NCBI GenBank assembly: GCA_963798485.1
Contig: CAWCTR010000021.1
Location: 32,001 to 96,000, forward strand
Length of the DNA: 64,000 nt
Direction of reading: 5' to 3'
Source: an uncultured delta proteobacterium
Lineage (GTDB): Bacteria; Desulfobacterota; Desulfomonilia; UBA1062
Below, in pieces: positions 48,064 through 57,797 of the stretch (positions are counted from its first letter, which is position 1; the number at the start of each line of letters is the position of its first letter). Made by a program: the position numbers and the translations under genes. The notes under the pieces are model-generated. The model saw nothing but the letters and a program-made list of their open reading frames with translations, made no database searches and was not told the DNA's origin.

Positions 48064-48732
48064 TTACACCCGGTGGTCTTCACGGATGATGGTGCGGCAG
48101 CCTCCGGACAGGCTTGGACGCCAGTTCTTGGGCGGCCTGATCTCGTTGAGCCGGTCCAGCTGCCCAATATCTTTGAGCCGTTTGTAAATGAGCTGCCAGG
48201 CGCAGGGAAGGCTGGGGTTGACTTCGCACCGGTCTTCACGCGAGCCGCTGCACGGGCCGTTCATCATGTGCTTCGCGCAGCGGGTGACCGGGCAAATGCC
48301 GCCGTAAAGATGGAGCACACACGCGCCGCAGGCCGCACATTTTTCCGTCCAGATACCTCGTTCTTCCAGAATGCCGATGAAGGCGGTATCGAGGCCCGCG
48401 TAAACCGGTTTGTCTGCAAAACGTTCGGCCAGTGCCTGAACGCCGGCACCGCAGCCCAGGGACAGCACGGCGTCGACCTTCATGGCCGCCTCGGCGGCCT
48501 GTTCGAGGAAAACGTTGTCGCACTGGCGTTCTATGGTGAGTTCCTCGACGTCCAGGGGAAGATCATTCAATTTGGCCGCCATGCGTAGCGCCGAGGCGAT
48601 GATGCTGACTTCGCGCTGGCCGCCGGCGAGGCAGACCGTGACGCAGGTGCCGCAGCCGAGTACGAGCACCTTGCGGTGCTTTTCAACGATGGACAATAAG
48701 TCGGGAATGCTTTTTCTTTGAGCAACGATCAT
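48064..48732 (-). CDS. metV: Methylene-THF reductase subunit MetV (MTHFR C-terminal-domain protein)
   Basis: GCGTCVTVCLAGG, ERQC, GCGAGVQ, CAACGAC, GICPVTRCAK, NGPC, CAW; ATGA-coupled to mvhD. Confidence 0.88.
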   Translation of the reverse strand: MIVAQRKSIPDLLSIVEKHRKVLVLGCGTCVTVCLAGGQREVSIIASALRMAAKLNDLPLDVEELTIERQCDNVFLEQAAEAAMKVDAVLSLGCGAGVQALAERFADKPVYAGLDTAFIGILEERGIWTEKCAACGACVLHLYGGICPVTRCAKHMMNGPCSGSREDRCEVNPSLPCAWQLIYKRLKDIGQLDRLNEIRPPKNWRPSLSGGCRTIIREDHRV

Positions 48733-49175
48733 GAGCGACACTCCTGTTTTAATTTGCCGGTGGATTGTATCGGGCTGGGGCCCAGTTTGCGGACCGTTTC
48801 CACCATGTCGATGATGATATCCGCCAGGGGCCGCGCCATGGCGGCGGAAACGTTGACCATGCGGAGGCGTTCCTTTTCCATACCGATCTCATCGAGCATG
48901 TCCCGGATGTAGTTTACCCGGCGTTTGGCGCAGAGGTTGCCTTCGATGAAATGACAGCCCCCTTCGAGACAGCCTGCCACCAGCACGCCGTCCGCGCCGT
49001 TTTCAAATGCCTTCATGAAGTATTCGGTTTCCAGCCGTCCCGTACAGGGGGTGCGGATGATGAGCACGTTTGGCGGGTACTGGATGCGCATGGACCCCGC
49101 CAGATCGGCCGAGGAATAGGCGCAGTAGTGGCAGCAGAAGGCCACGATCTTGGGTTCAAATATGTCGGATTTCAT
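48729..49175 (-). CDS. mvhD: MvhD/FlpD [2Fe-2S] subunit
   Basis: AFCCHYCAYSSADLAG, PCTGR, GADGV, GCLEGGCH; start ATG 49175. Confidence 0.92.
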   Translation of the reverse strand: MKSDIFEPKIVAFCCHYCAYSSADLAGSMRIQYPPNVLIIRTPCTGRLETEYFMKAFENGADGVLVAGCLEGGCHFIEGNLCAKRRVNYIRDMLDEIGMEKERLRMVNVSAAMARPLADIIIDMVETVRKLGPSPIQSTGKLKQECRS

Positions 49176-49186
49176 GGATTGAGCTT

Positions 49187-52100
49187 TTACCTCCCACCAA
49201 TTGCCGAGCAGGCCGTGATTGTACTGTCTTCCCGGTCTTCTCCGAGGTTGCCGGCGAACAGTTCCTTGATCATCACCACAAACTGGTCTGTCTCGAAATG
49301 ATGCAGCTCTATGGCGCAGGCAGGACATTCGGCCGCGCAGATGCCGCAGCCCATACACTTGGCTGCCTCGATCTGCCCCTTGCCGTCCTTGTTGCAGTAG
49401 GGCGCGGAATACGGGCAGACCGTTACGCAGGTCATGCAGGAGATGCACTTTTGCTGGTCCACGTATGAGATCTGGGCGCTGACGTCGAGATGCGTCTTGG
49501 ATAGCACCGTGGCCGCACGCGATGCTGCTGCGCGCGCCTGCGAAATGTTTTCGTCAATGAACTTAGGCGAATGGGCCATGCCGCAGAGGAAAACGCCCTC
49601 GGTCGTAAAATCCACCGGCCGCAGCTTCATGTGCGCTTCCACATAGAAACCGTCGGTGTTGAGCGGCACCTTGAGCATGTCGGATATGCGCTTGTTGTTC
49701 TTAAAGTCCACTTCCACGCCCGTGCTGAGCACGACATTGTCGGCTTCGATCGCGAGCGGTTCGGCGAAGTCCGGGCTCTTGAGCGTGACGACCAAACCGC
49801 CTTCTTCTTTCACCGTCGGCGGCGCCTCGGGCGTGTACCGGATAAAGACCACGCCGGCCTCGCGCGCCTGCTGATAGTAGATTTCCCGGAAACCGTAGGT
49901 CCTCACATCACGGTAGAGAACATATACATTGGCTTGGGGGTCCTCCTTTTTGATGGCCAGCGCGTTTTTAACGGCCATGGAGCAGCAGATGCGGCTGCAA
50001 TAGGGATGCTTTTCGTCGCGCGAACCGACGCACTGGATCATGACGATGTTCTGTCCCAGGGCAGGCCACGACTTCTCATGCAGCCGCTTCTCAAGTTCGA
50101 CCTGCGTCAGAACTTTCTCGGAGCGGCCGTATAGATATTCGCCGGTCCTGGCCGCCTGCGCGCCCGTGGCAACAATGATGGTGCCACCGGTGACCTCCTG
50201 AATTTTGCCACCCTGGTCAAACGACACGTGGAACTTTCCGATGTGGCCTTTGATGCCTGCGACCTCGGCCTGGAGATACGTCTTGATATGGGAATGGTTC
50301 CTGACCTGGTCGATGAGACCGGTGGCGAAGGCGGCGATGTCCGCTTGCTCCAAGGTCCGGTATATATCGTGCAGGGTACCTCCCAGACGATTAGCCTGTT
50401 CGATCAAGTGGACGTCAAACCCCTGGTCGGCGAGCGCCAGCGCGGCTGTCATGCCGGAGAGGCCTCCGCCGATGACGATGCCGGTTTGGTCCACCGTGAG
50501 CGTTCCGCCTTCTAACGGCAAGAGCCTGCGGGCCCGGGCGATTGACATCTTCACGAGCTCAGCCGCCTTAACGGTAGCAGGTTCCGGCTCGGTAGAATGC
50601 ACCCAGGAGCACTGGTCGCGGATGTTTGTCATTTCGAACAGATAAGGGTTCAGGCCTGCTTCGCGGAGCGTCTCGCGGAACAGAGGCTCGTGCGTCCGCG
50701 GGGTGCACGAGGCCACCACGATGCGATTGAGCCGGTGCTGATGGATCATGTCCTTGATGTTCGACAGGCTCGTGTCGGAACAGGTGAACATGGTGTGCGT
50801 CGCTAAAACCACATTCGGCTCATGTTCCACGCGCTTGACCACTTCCTCGACGTCCACCACCGACCCGATGTTCATGCCGCAGTGGCAGACAAACACACCG
50901 AGGCGCGGTTCTTCATCGGTGACATCGTGCTCGATGGGATAGCTCTTTTTGGTGACCAGCGAATTACGGGCCGGCGCGAGCAGTTCCATGGCCATGGACG
51001 CCGCGGCGCTGGCCTGGGTCACGGTCTCGGGAATGTCCTTAGGCTCCTGGAAGGCGCCTCCCACGAACACGCCGGGCCGGGAAGTGCACAACGGCTGGAG
51101 CCGGTCGGTGTCGCAGAAACCGAACTCGTTGAGCTTGATGTTCATACCGGCGGCCATCTCCGCCATGCTGTGCGGCGGCTCCATGCCCACGGACAACACG
51201 ACCAGGTCGAACTCCTTGTGCGAAAGCCCGCCGTTTTCGTCGAAATATGTAAGCTGAAGGTCCTTGCTGCCGGGCAGCTGGACGATCCGCGAGGGGATGC
51301 TCTTGATGTATTGGATGTTGTCCTTGGCCCTGGCGCGCTCGTAATACTGATCGAAATCCTTGCCGTGGGCGCGGATGTCCATGTAGAAAATCGTGGCATC
51401 CAGGCTCTCGACGTGGTCGCCCGTGACGAGCGCCTGCTTGGTGGCCATCATGCAGCAGATGGATGAGCAGTATTCGTTGTTGCACGCCTTGTCGCGCGAA
51501 CCCACGCATTGGATCCAGGCGATGCGCCGGGCCTCGCGCCTGTCCGACAGGCGGATCACATGCCCTTCAAACGGCCCTGCGGCGGACAGCATCCGTTCAT
51601 ACTGGACGGAGGTGACCACGTTGGGATAGCGGCCGTAGCCGAACTCACCTTTAAGCGATGCATCGAACTCGTCAAAGCCCGGGGTCAGGATGACCGAGCC
51701 AACTTCGAGGGTGATTGTCCGTTCTTGCATGGCGTGGTCAATGGCGTTCTGCTTGCAGGTATCGACGCACCGGTTGCATTCCGAGCACAGGGCGCAATTG
51801 AGACACCGCTCGGCCTCAGAAAGGGCCTGCTCTTCGGTGAGCCCTTTCTCAACCTCGTCGAAATTCCTTAGACGGATGGAGGGCGAGAGCTCTTCCGGGC
51901 GAGGACGTGATCTTTTCTCGACCTTGTCGAGTTCAGGCAGGAGTTCTTCGGGAAGAGGGCTTAAGCTTTCCTCAAACCGGCCGCCGAGCAGATCCGTGCC
52001 CTTCAGATACCTCTCGATGGACTCGGCCACCCGTTTACCCGCGGCCACGGCATCGATCACGGAAGCTGGACCGCTCGTATTGTCGCCGCCTGCAAAAATG

Positions 52101-53686
52101 CTCTCAATGGACGTCTGCCCGGTCACCGGATCGGCCTTGAAACAGCCGCGCTCGGTCTGGACGCTGATGTGACTCACGGTCTGCTCGTCCACCATCTGTC
52201 CGATGGCCACGATGATCTGGTCGGCATCGATGGTGGTGAGAGCGTTTTCGTCAAAGGCCGGGCTGAAGCGTTTTTTCTCGTCGAAGACCCGGGTGCAGCG
52301 TTTGAGCTCGATGCCGGTGACTTTTCCGTTGCCGAGGATGCGCTTTGGGCCCCAGCCGTTACGGATCTTGATGTTTTCCGCGAGGGTGGCCTCGATCTCC
52401 TCTTCGTAGGCGGGCATCTCGTGGGGTCCTTCGAGGCAGACCATCTCGACATTTCTTGCGCCCAGGCGTAGCGCGGTACGGGCCACGTCGATGGCCACGT
52501 TGCCGCCGCCGATGACCAGCACCCGTTCCTTCACCTCGGGTTTATTGGCCGAAGCCGCTTCTCTTAAGAATTCTACGCCGTGCAGGACGCCCTCGATGTC
52601 CTCGCCTTGAACGCCGAGTTTGCGGCTCTTCTGGGCGCCGGCCGAAATGAAGATGGCTGCATAATCATTGCGCAGCGTCTGGAAGGTGACGTCCTGGCCG
52701 ATGCGGCAGCCATAGATGAACCTGACGCCCTTGCGGCGGATGATTTCGATCTCGTGGTCGAGCACCTTCTTGGGCAGGCGATACTCTGGGATCCCGTATC
52801 GGAGCATGCCGCCGGCTGCGGGCATGGCTTCGTAAACCGTGACGGCAAACCCTGCGTCAGCAAGATCATTGGCTGCTGTAAGCCCGGCCGGGCCGCCACC
52901 GATGATCGCGACCTTCTTGGCATCGGGTGCGATTACCTTTTCCTCCGGCAGAGCCAGATCGCCCGCCGCGAGCATCTCCATTTCCCTGTCCGATGCGAAG
53001 CGCTTCAACAGCCGGATGGCGATAGGGGCGTCGGCACCCGCCCTCGTGCATTCACTCTCGCAGGGATGGGTGCAGATGCGGCCGCAGATGGCCGAAAGCG
53101 GGTTCCTCTGACGGATGAGCTCTACCGCCTTGACATATTCCTTCTGCTTGATGAGCTGGACGTAGCCCTGGACGTTCACCCTGGCCGGGCATGTCATTTT
53201 GCAGGGAGAATGGCCGTTTTTAAGGATGCCGAAAATGTTCGGGGTGGCCTGGGCGTAAAGCTTTGCAATGCCCTTGCGGGTTCCCAGGCAGCGGTTGAAC
53301 TCGTCCGGGATGTCTACGGGGCAGACTAAAGTGCATTCGCTGCATCCGGTGCATTTGTCCTCGTACACAAACCGCGGATACCGCTTGACTCTTGCCCTGA
53401 AACGGCCCGGCCCGCCTTCGAGGCCCACCAGTTCGGAAAGCGTCAGAATCTCTATATTCAGGTTCCGCGCGCATTCGACGAGCTTGGGCGAGACGATGCA
53501 GGTGGCGCAGTCGCCGGTCGGGAAGGTCTTGTCCAGATGCGCCATCATACCCCCGATGGCTGCGTCGCGCTCGACGAGATACACCTTGAAGCCACTGTTT
53601 GCCAGATCGAGCGATGCCTGTACGCCGGCAATGCCGCCGCCCTGCACCAGCACCGCGCCGATTTTCTTGTCGTCCGATCTACTCAT
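49187..53686 (-). CDS. hdrA: Large HdrA-like flavoprotein with inserted GltD/NfnB-like pyridine-nucleotide module (HdrL type)
   Basis: GGGIAG..LDKTFPTGDC, two QCVGSR..CS..CCM HdrA repeats, ferredoxin motifs; insert PCKMTCP, ICGRICTHPCE, GGGPAG, GGMLRYGIPEYRLP, GGGNVA. Confidence 0.92.
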   Translation of the reverse strand: MSRSDDKKIGAVLVQGGGIAGVQASLDLANSGFKVYLVERDAAIGGMMAHLDKTFPTGDCATCIVSPKLVECARNLNIEILTLSELVGLEGGPGRFRARVKRYPRFVYEDKCTGCSECTLVCPVDIPDEFNRCLGTRKGIAKLYAQATPNIFGILKNGHSPCKMTCPARVNVQGYVQLIKQKEYVKAVELIRQRNPLSAICGRICTHPCESECTRAGADAPIAIRLLKRFASDREMEMLAAGDLALPEEKVIAPDAKKVAIIGGGPAGLTAANDLADAGFAVTVYEAMPAAGGMLRYGIPEYRLPKKVLDHEIEIIRRKGVRFIYGCRIGQDVTFQTLRNDYAAIFISAGAQKSRKLGVQGEDIEGVLHGVEFLREAASANKPEVKERVLVIGGGNVAIDVARTALRLGARNVEMVCLEGPHEMPAYEEEIEATLAENIKIRNGWGPKRILGNGKVTGIELKRCTRVFDEKKRFSPAFDENALTTIDADQIIVAIGQMVDEQTVSHISVQTERGCFKADPVTGQTSIESIFAGGDNTSGPASVIDAVAAGKRVAESIERYLKGTDLLGGRFEESLSPLPEELLPELDKVEKRSRPRPEELSPSIRLRNFDEVEKGLTEEQALSEAERCLNCALCSECNRCVDTCKQNAIDHAMQERTITLEVGSVILTPGFDEFDASLKGEFGYGRYPNVVTSVQYERMLSAAGPFEGHVIRLSDRREARRIAWIQCVGSRDKACNNEYCSSICCMMATKQALVTGDHVESLDATIFYMDIRAHGKDFDQYYERARAKDNIQYIKSIPSRIVQLPGSKDLQLTYFDENGGLSHKEFDLVVLSVGMEPPHSMAEMAAGMNIKLNEFGFCDTDRLQPLCTSRPGVFVGGAFQEPKDIPETVTQASAAASMAMELLAPARNSLVTKKSYPIEHDVTDEEPRLGVFVCHCGMNIGSVVDVEEVVKRVEHEPNVVLATHTMFTCSDTSLSNIKDMIHQHRLNRIVVASCTPRTHEPLFRETLREAGLNPYLFEMTNIRDQCSWVHSTEPEPATVKAAELVKMSIARARRLLPLEGGTLTVDQTGIVIGGGLSGMTAALALADQGFDVHLIEQANRLGGTLHDIYRTLEQADIAAFATGLIDQVRNHSHIKTYLQAEVAGIKGHIGKFHVSFDQGGKIQEVTGGTIIVATGAQAARTGEYLYGRSEKVLTQVELEKRLHEKSWPALGQNIVMIQCVGSRDEKHPYCSRICCSMAVKNALAIKKEDPQANVYVLYRDVRTYGFREIYYQQAREAGVVFIRYTPEAPPTVKEEGGLVVTLKSPDFAEPLAIEADNVVLSTGVEVDFKNNKRISDMLKVPLNTDGFYVEAHMKLRPVDFTTEGVFLCGMAHSPKFIDENISQARAAASRAATVLSKTHLDVSAQISYVDQQKCISCMTCVTVCPYSAPYCNKDGKGQIEAAKCMGCGICAAECPACAIELHHFETDQFVVMIKELFAGNLGEDREDSTITACSAIGGR

Positions 53687-54557
53687 GGCTGTTTACTTCC
53701 ATTTTATTTAAGACGTTTTCAGCGGGGACCATCAGCTTTTCAAACCCGAGCTCGCTCGCGTCAAGTCCCAGGCAAAGCCCGAGGAGCTGGGTGATGTAAA
53801 TCACCGGCATACGGTAGTTCCTGCCCATCTCTTTGTTGATGTCCTGCTGCCGCACATCGAGGTTGATCTGGCACATGGGGCAGCTGACCGCGATGCACTC
53901 CGCGCCCACCTGGACGGCCATGTCGATAATGGACTCGGTGAGCCTGAGCACCACGTCGGTCCGTGACAGCGACAAACTGCCGCCGCAGCAATCGACCTTG
54001 CAGGGCCATTCGAGGCTGAGGCCGCCCATAGCGGTCACCAGACGGTCGAGCGACTTCGGATTTTCCGCATCATCGAACCTGAGAATCTCCGGCGGCCGGA
54101 CCAGAAGGCAGCCGTAGTAGCAGGCAACCTTGAGGCCGTTAAGCGTTCTTTTGAGGGACTTGGTGATGGTCGGCAGGCCGACATCTTCGAGGAGCACCTC
54201 AAGGAGGTGGCGGACCTTGACGGAGCCGTCGTAATCCCTATCGAGCGCGTCACGTACATCCCTGCGGACCTCGGCGTGGGTGGAAATCTCGTGGTTGGCC
54301 ACCTTCATCCTATTGTAGCAGGCGGCACAGTTGACGACCATGTCCAGGTTCATGTCCTGGACCTTGGTCAGGTTGGCGGCGGGCAGTGCAACGGCGAGCA
54401 GGCGGTCGGTCTGGTGGCCGGCGGTGGCGCCGCAGCAGGTCCAGCCTTTGGGTTCCTCGAAATCGAGCTTAAGCGCCCGTGCGACCGCATACGTGGACTG
54501 GTTCATGTCGCGGGCCGTGGATTCTGCCGAGCATCCGGGATAGTAGGCGTATTTCAT
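53679..54557 (-). CDS. hdrB: Heterodisulfide reductase subunit B
   Basis: YYPGC, WTCCG, CAACY, YYGCLL, DCCG, CPMCQ. Confidence 0.93.
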   Translation of the reverse strand: MKYAYYPGCSAESTARDMNQSTYAVARALKLDFEEPKGWTCCGATAGHQTDRLLAVALPAANLTKVQDMNLDMVVNCAACYNRMKVANHEISTHAEVRRDVRDALDRDYDGSVKVRHLLEVLLEDVGLPTITKSLKRTLNGLKVACYYGCLLVRPPEILRFDDAENPKSLDRLVTAMGGLSLEWPCKVDCCGGSLSLSRTDVVLRLTESIIDMAVQVGAECIAVSCPMCQINLDVRQQDINKEMGRNYRMPVIYITQLLGLCLGLDASELGFEKLMVPAENVLNKMEVNSHE

Positions 54558-55120
54558 GCTCGGGTTCCTCGTTTTTGTTTTGCGTTCTTGAAAATGCGTC
54601 TCACGGTTTTCCTGTCGCCTTCCATGGGAGGCAGCAGCGCAATTTTTCCCTTCTTCAGCATGGCCGGGAATTTTTCCGTATCTTCCATCAGTTTGCCCGT
54701 GCCGATCTTGTAGGCTGTGATCATGGCGATATCGTAGGGGCGGCCGAAGATCTCGACCGTCTTCAAGAATGCGCGGTTGAACAGCGGCATATCGCCTTGA
54801 GGTTTCGGCGCGCCCCGATCTAAGGCCAGAGAGCGCAGCGAGTCCATGACAGAAGCCACGTCAATACCCATGGGGCAGCGGGCCGAGCAGGTTTCGCACG
54901 AGGCGCACAGCCAGATGAGGTCGCACTCGAGCAGTTCCTCACCGGCGCTGAGGTGCAGCATCCGCATGATTTCCGACGGCCTGGTTGTGGCCAGCTTTGC
55001 CACCGGACAGCCGCTCGAGCATTTCTTGCACTGTAAACAGACGCTCAGGTTCACGCCGGCCAGCTTCTCGACGGCATTCTTCAGACCATGGCCTATCCTT
55101 GCTTTTTTGATGGTTAGCAC
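54554..55120 (-). CDS. hdrC: Heterodisulfide reductase subunit C
   Basis: CLQCKKCSSGCP, IWLCASCETCSARCP. Confidence 0.92.
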   Translation of the reverse strand: MLTIKKARIGHGLKNAVEKLAGVNLSVCLQCKKCSSGCPVAKLATTRPSEIMRMLHLSAGEELLECDLIWLCASCETCSARCPMGIDVASVMDSLRSLALDRGAPKPQGDMPLFNRAFLKTVEIFGRPYDIAMITAYKIGTGKLMEDTEKFPAMLKKGKIALLPPMEGDRKTVRRIFKNAKQKRGTRA

Positions 55121-55139
55121 GATAATGTTCTCCAGCTAT

Positions 55140-57797
55140 TCATGCCAGTTCTTCAACTGTTTCTTCAGCCCGGACATCGTCGGTGTCCTCCAGGACAATA
55201 TCCTTGATGTTGCCGGGGACAACCTTGCGATACACCCGGCACGGTTTGAGCTGCTTGCCGTTCACGGTTAAAAGTTCCTTGACGGTTATCCCGAAATGTT
55301 TCTGGTTTTCCTCCAAAAACGGCAGGATCAGCTCCCAGTCGGCGTCGGTCACCTTGGCAAACTGGCCGCTGTTCAACTGCTGGTCCACCAGGGTCTTTCC
55401 CGGGTCACGGACAAAAATGGCGCCGCCCGAAGCCAGCGAAAACAGGTTGCTGCCCGGGTAAGGATCAACAAGCGGAACAGGTTTCCCTTCGTCGTCGAGC
55501 TTGACGCCGTTCAGGATCACGAAGCCGCCGCCGTTAAGCGGGTCGCCGGCCATGAAGGACTCGGCGAGAAAGTCGAGGCAGGTGCCGTTGATGACTACCT
55601 TGGGCCGTCCCACGGAGTTTATGAGCGGTCGTCCCGCTGCGTTGCCGAGCACATAGACCTCGCCGCCCTTGGCGCCGTACATGAAGGTCTGGCCCACGTC
55701 GCCATGAATGACCATTTTCCCCTGCTTGACGATCTGACCCAACTGGTCCTGGGCGTTGCCGTGCACCGTGATCGTCAGCCCGTCAATGCCCGAACCGAGA
55801 TAGTCGCCGCTGCTGCCGTACACGTCGATGAGAACACCCTCGGTTTCCGGACCGAGGCCGCAGCCGGTGTACCGCTGGCCGATGCAATTGAAGCAGATGA
55901 AACGGCGCCAGCCTAACATAAAAGCGTCAACCAGCAGCGCGGCGTCACAGTCATCTCCTTCTGGTGGAAACTGGGCAGCGTCGATCACCAGCGTGGTTTC
56001 CATGCCTTGCGGCCCTCGAAGGTGTCCGCGCGACATGAAATCAACCAGGCGATACGCGCCCTTTGCGGCATCCTTGTCGCTTATTTTGGGGAGGCTCGAG
56101 AAAAGCCGGCTCAGCGCGGTGCGCACGATGTGGAGCACATGGCTGCGTCTCTTCGCGCCGGTCGAGTAACGCCGGTCATTGAGCAGCGTCAGGACTTCTA
56201 TCGACGTGGCCGTCTTGGAAGGGTCCTTCGCCTGATTGATGATCTGCCGGCACGCCAGATCGATCTCGTCAAACGTCGATTCGGGTATGAGGTCGCGTAT
56301 CATTTCAAAAATCGTGACGCTGTTGCCGGGCACAAATCTCTCGCTGATTATTGTCTGTATAGTCTCCCTCGATTCGGAGGATACTGAAAATTCCTTGGAA
56401 AAATCGAACGACTCGGTGCCGCCAGGCATAGCGACCTGCGTACCGAATTTGTCCGTGCAAGTGATCCGGATTTTGCCGGCCGGATCTTTTTTCAGGTTGA
56501 AAATGAACGCCCCGCCGTCGTCATAGCTGCCACCGCGCGCGTTCCAGTAGCGGTCCGCAACGGGGCAGATCCGTTTATCATCCTTTGACAGGCTCATGAG
56601 TGTGGCATCAATGGCCTGTTTTTCCGAGGCGATCAGCCCCACCTGGACAACGCCATCGGTAAAGGCGAACACTTGGGGTCGCAGCATGGCGGTGTCGGTG
56701 ATGCCCATCAACTGGAACTGCCGCTGGCGGGCGAGGCTGCGGGCTATGATGAAGAACCAGGGGCCGTCGGGCGAGCCGTGCATGTGGGTGGCCTGGATGG
56801 CCCGGTAAACCTTCTGCTTTTCAAGGCCGAGCCGGTCGAAGTCAAGTTCCGTGGTCGGCGCCAGGGCTTCGATGATGTATTCCAGCGGGTAGTGGTAGGT
56901 CCTGCTGAGCAGGTCGAACAGCTGCGCGGACACTTCCGTATCGGTGAGAAACTGGGGATAGATATGGCGCTGTTTGAGATATTCGGTAACCGAATGGTAG
57001 TTGGCAAAGTCGCCGTTGTGCACCAGCGCCATGTCAATGGCAGCGAACGGATGGGCGCCGCCGGGGTGCCAGACACGACCCTTGGTGGGGAAACGCTGGT
57101 GGGCGATCCAAACGTGGGCGCACAGGTCCTCGATCTTGTAATACTTCACGATGGCCTCGGCATAGCCGACCACCTTGAGGATCATGATGTCCCTGCCGTG
57201 CGAGAGCACGAAGGCGCGTTTTTCGCCCAGGGACGCGTAATACTTCTGATTGAGGCTGAAGCTGTTCTGGCTGACGAATTCGTCCTCCGCCGCATCGCTC
57301 TCGAGCGCCTGCAGATTGTTCTTTTCGATGAACTCGCCCAGCACTTCCGGCTTGACGCGGACAAAGTATCGGCAAACATCCGGGGGGAGCACCTCGAGGC
57401 CCGGCACGGTCTTCCAATCCTCCATCTTGTCGAACTGCGCGGAGGCGGCAACGTCGAAGAAAGGCTTGATGAACTCCTCCTCGATTTCCGGACGCAAAGA
57501 AGTGTCGATGAAGGCTACATTCAGCAGGTAATAGTTGTCGAGCACCTCTCTGCTGACGCCGAGTTGCTCCGGGACGAGCCCCACCGCGGCGATTCCGCCT
57601 CCCTTGCCGTTCCCACGGTTGTGCATCTGGCGCGACGGCTCGTAAATGTGCCGGCCCGCCACCGGCTCGCTGCAGCAGAAACCGACCACGCCGCAGCCGC
57701 CTTCCTCCGCCTCCTTCCGAAGGATCGGGGGTAACCTGAGACTCTCAGCGAGCCTTTTTCTTGAACCGGTCAGCTTCTGGATCAATTCAGTGTTCAT
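55140..57797 (-). CDS. Glutamate synthase-like GATase-II domain fused to GXGXG domain (GltB1+GltB3)
   Basis: EEGGCGVVG Ntn cysteine, RGNGKGGG, HQRFPT, AHPF, VHNGD, TDTE; C-terminal GSSGDYLG, GNAQDQ, GNAAGR, ASGG repeats. Confidence 0.88.
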   Translation of the reverse strand: MNTELIQKLTGSRKRLAESLRLPPILRKEAEEGGCGVVGFCCSEPVAGRHIYEPSRQMHNRGNGKGGGIAAVGLVPEQLGVSREVLDNYYLLNVAFIDTSLRPEIEEEFIKPFFDVAASAQFDKMEDWKTVPGLEVLPPDVCRYFVRVKPEVLGEFIEKNNLQALESDAAEDEFVSQNSFSLNQKYYASLGEKRAFVLSHGRDIMILKVVGYAEAIVKYYKIEDLCAHVWIAHQRFPTKGRVWHPGGAHPFAAIDMALVHNGDFANYHSVTEYLKQRHIYPQFLTDTEVSAQLFDLLSRTYHYPLEYIIEALAPTTELDFDRLGLEKQKVYRAIQATHMHGSPDGPWFFIIARSLARQRQFQLMGITDTAMLRPQVFAFTDGVVQVGLIASEKQAIDATLMSLSKDDKRICPVADRYWNARGGSYDDGGAFIFNLKKDPAGKIRITCTDKFGTQVAMPGGTESFDFSKEFSVSSESRETIQTIISERFVPGNSVTIFEMIRDLIPESTFDEIDLACRQIINQAKDPSKTATSIEVLTLLNDRRYSTGAKRRSHVLHIVRTALSRLFSSLPKISDKDAAKGAYRLVDFMSRGHLRGPQGMETTLVIDAAQFPPEGDDCDAALLVDAFMLGWRRFICFNCIGQRYTGCGLGPETEGVLIDVYGSSGDYLGSGIDGLTITVHGNAQDQLGQIVKQGKMVIHGDVGQTFMYGAKGGEVYVLGNAAGRPLINSVGRPKVVINGTCLDFLAESFMAGDPLNGGGFVILNGVKLDDEGKPVPLVDPYPGSNLFSLASGGAIFVRDPGKTLVDQQLNSGQFAKVTDADWELILPFLEENQKHFGITVKELLTVNGKQLKPCRVYRKVVPGNIKDIVLEDTDDVRAEETVEELA

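Noticed and set aside
48729-53686. Selenocysteine in MvhD/HdrA
   Set aside because: The positions that often carry Sec are Cys codons and the frames are open
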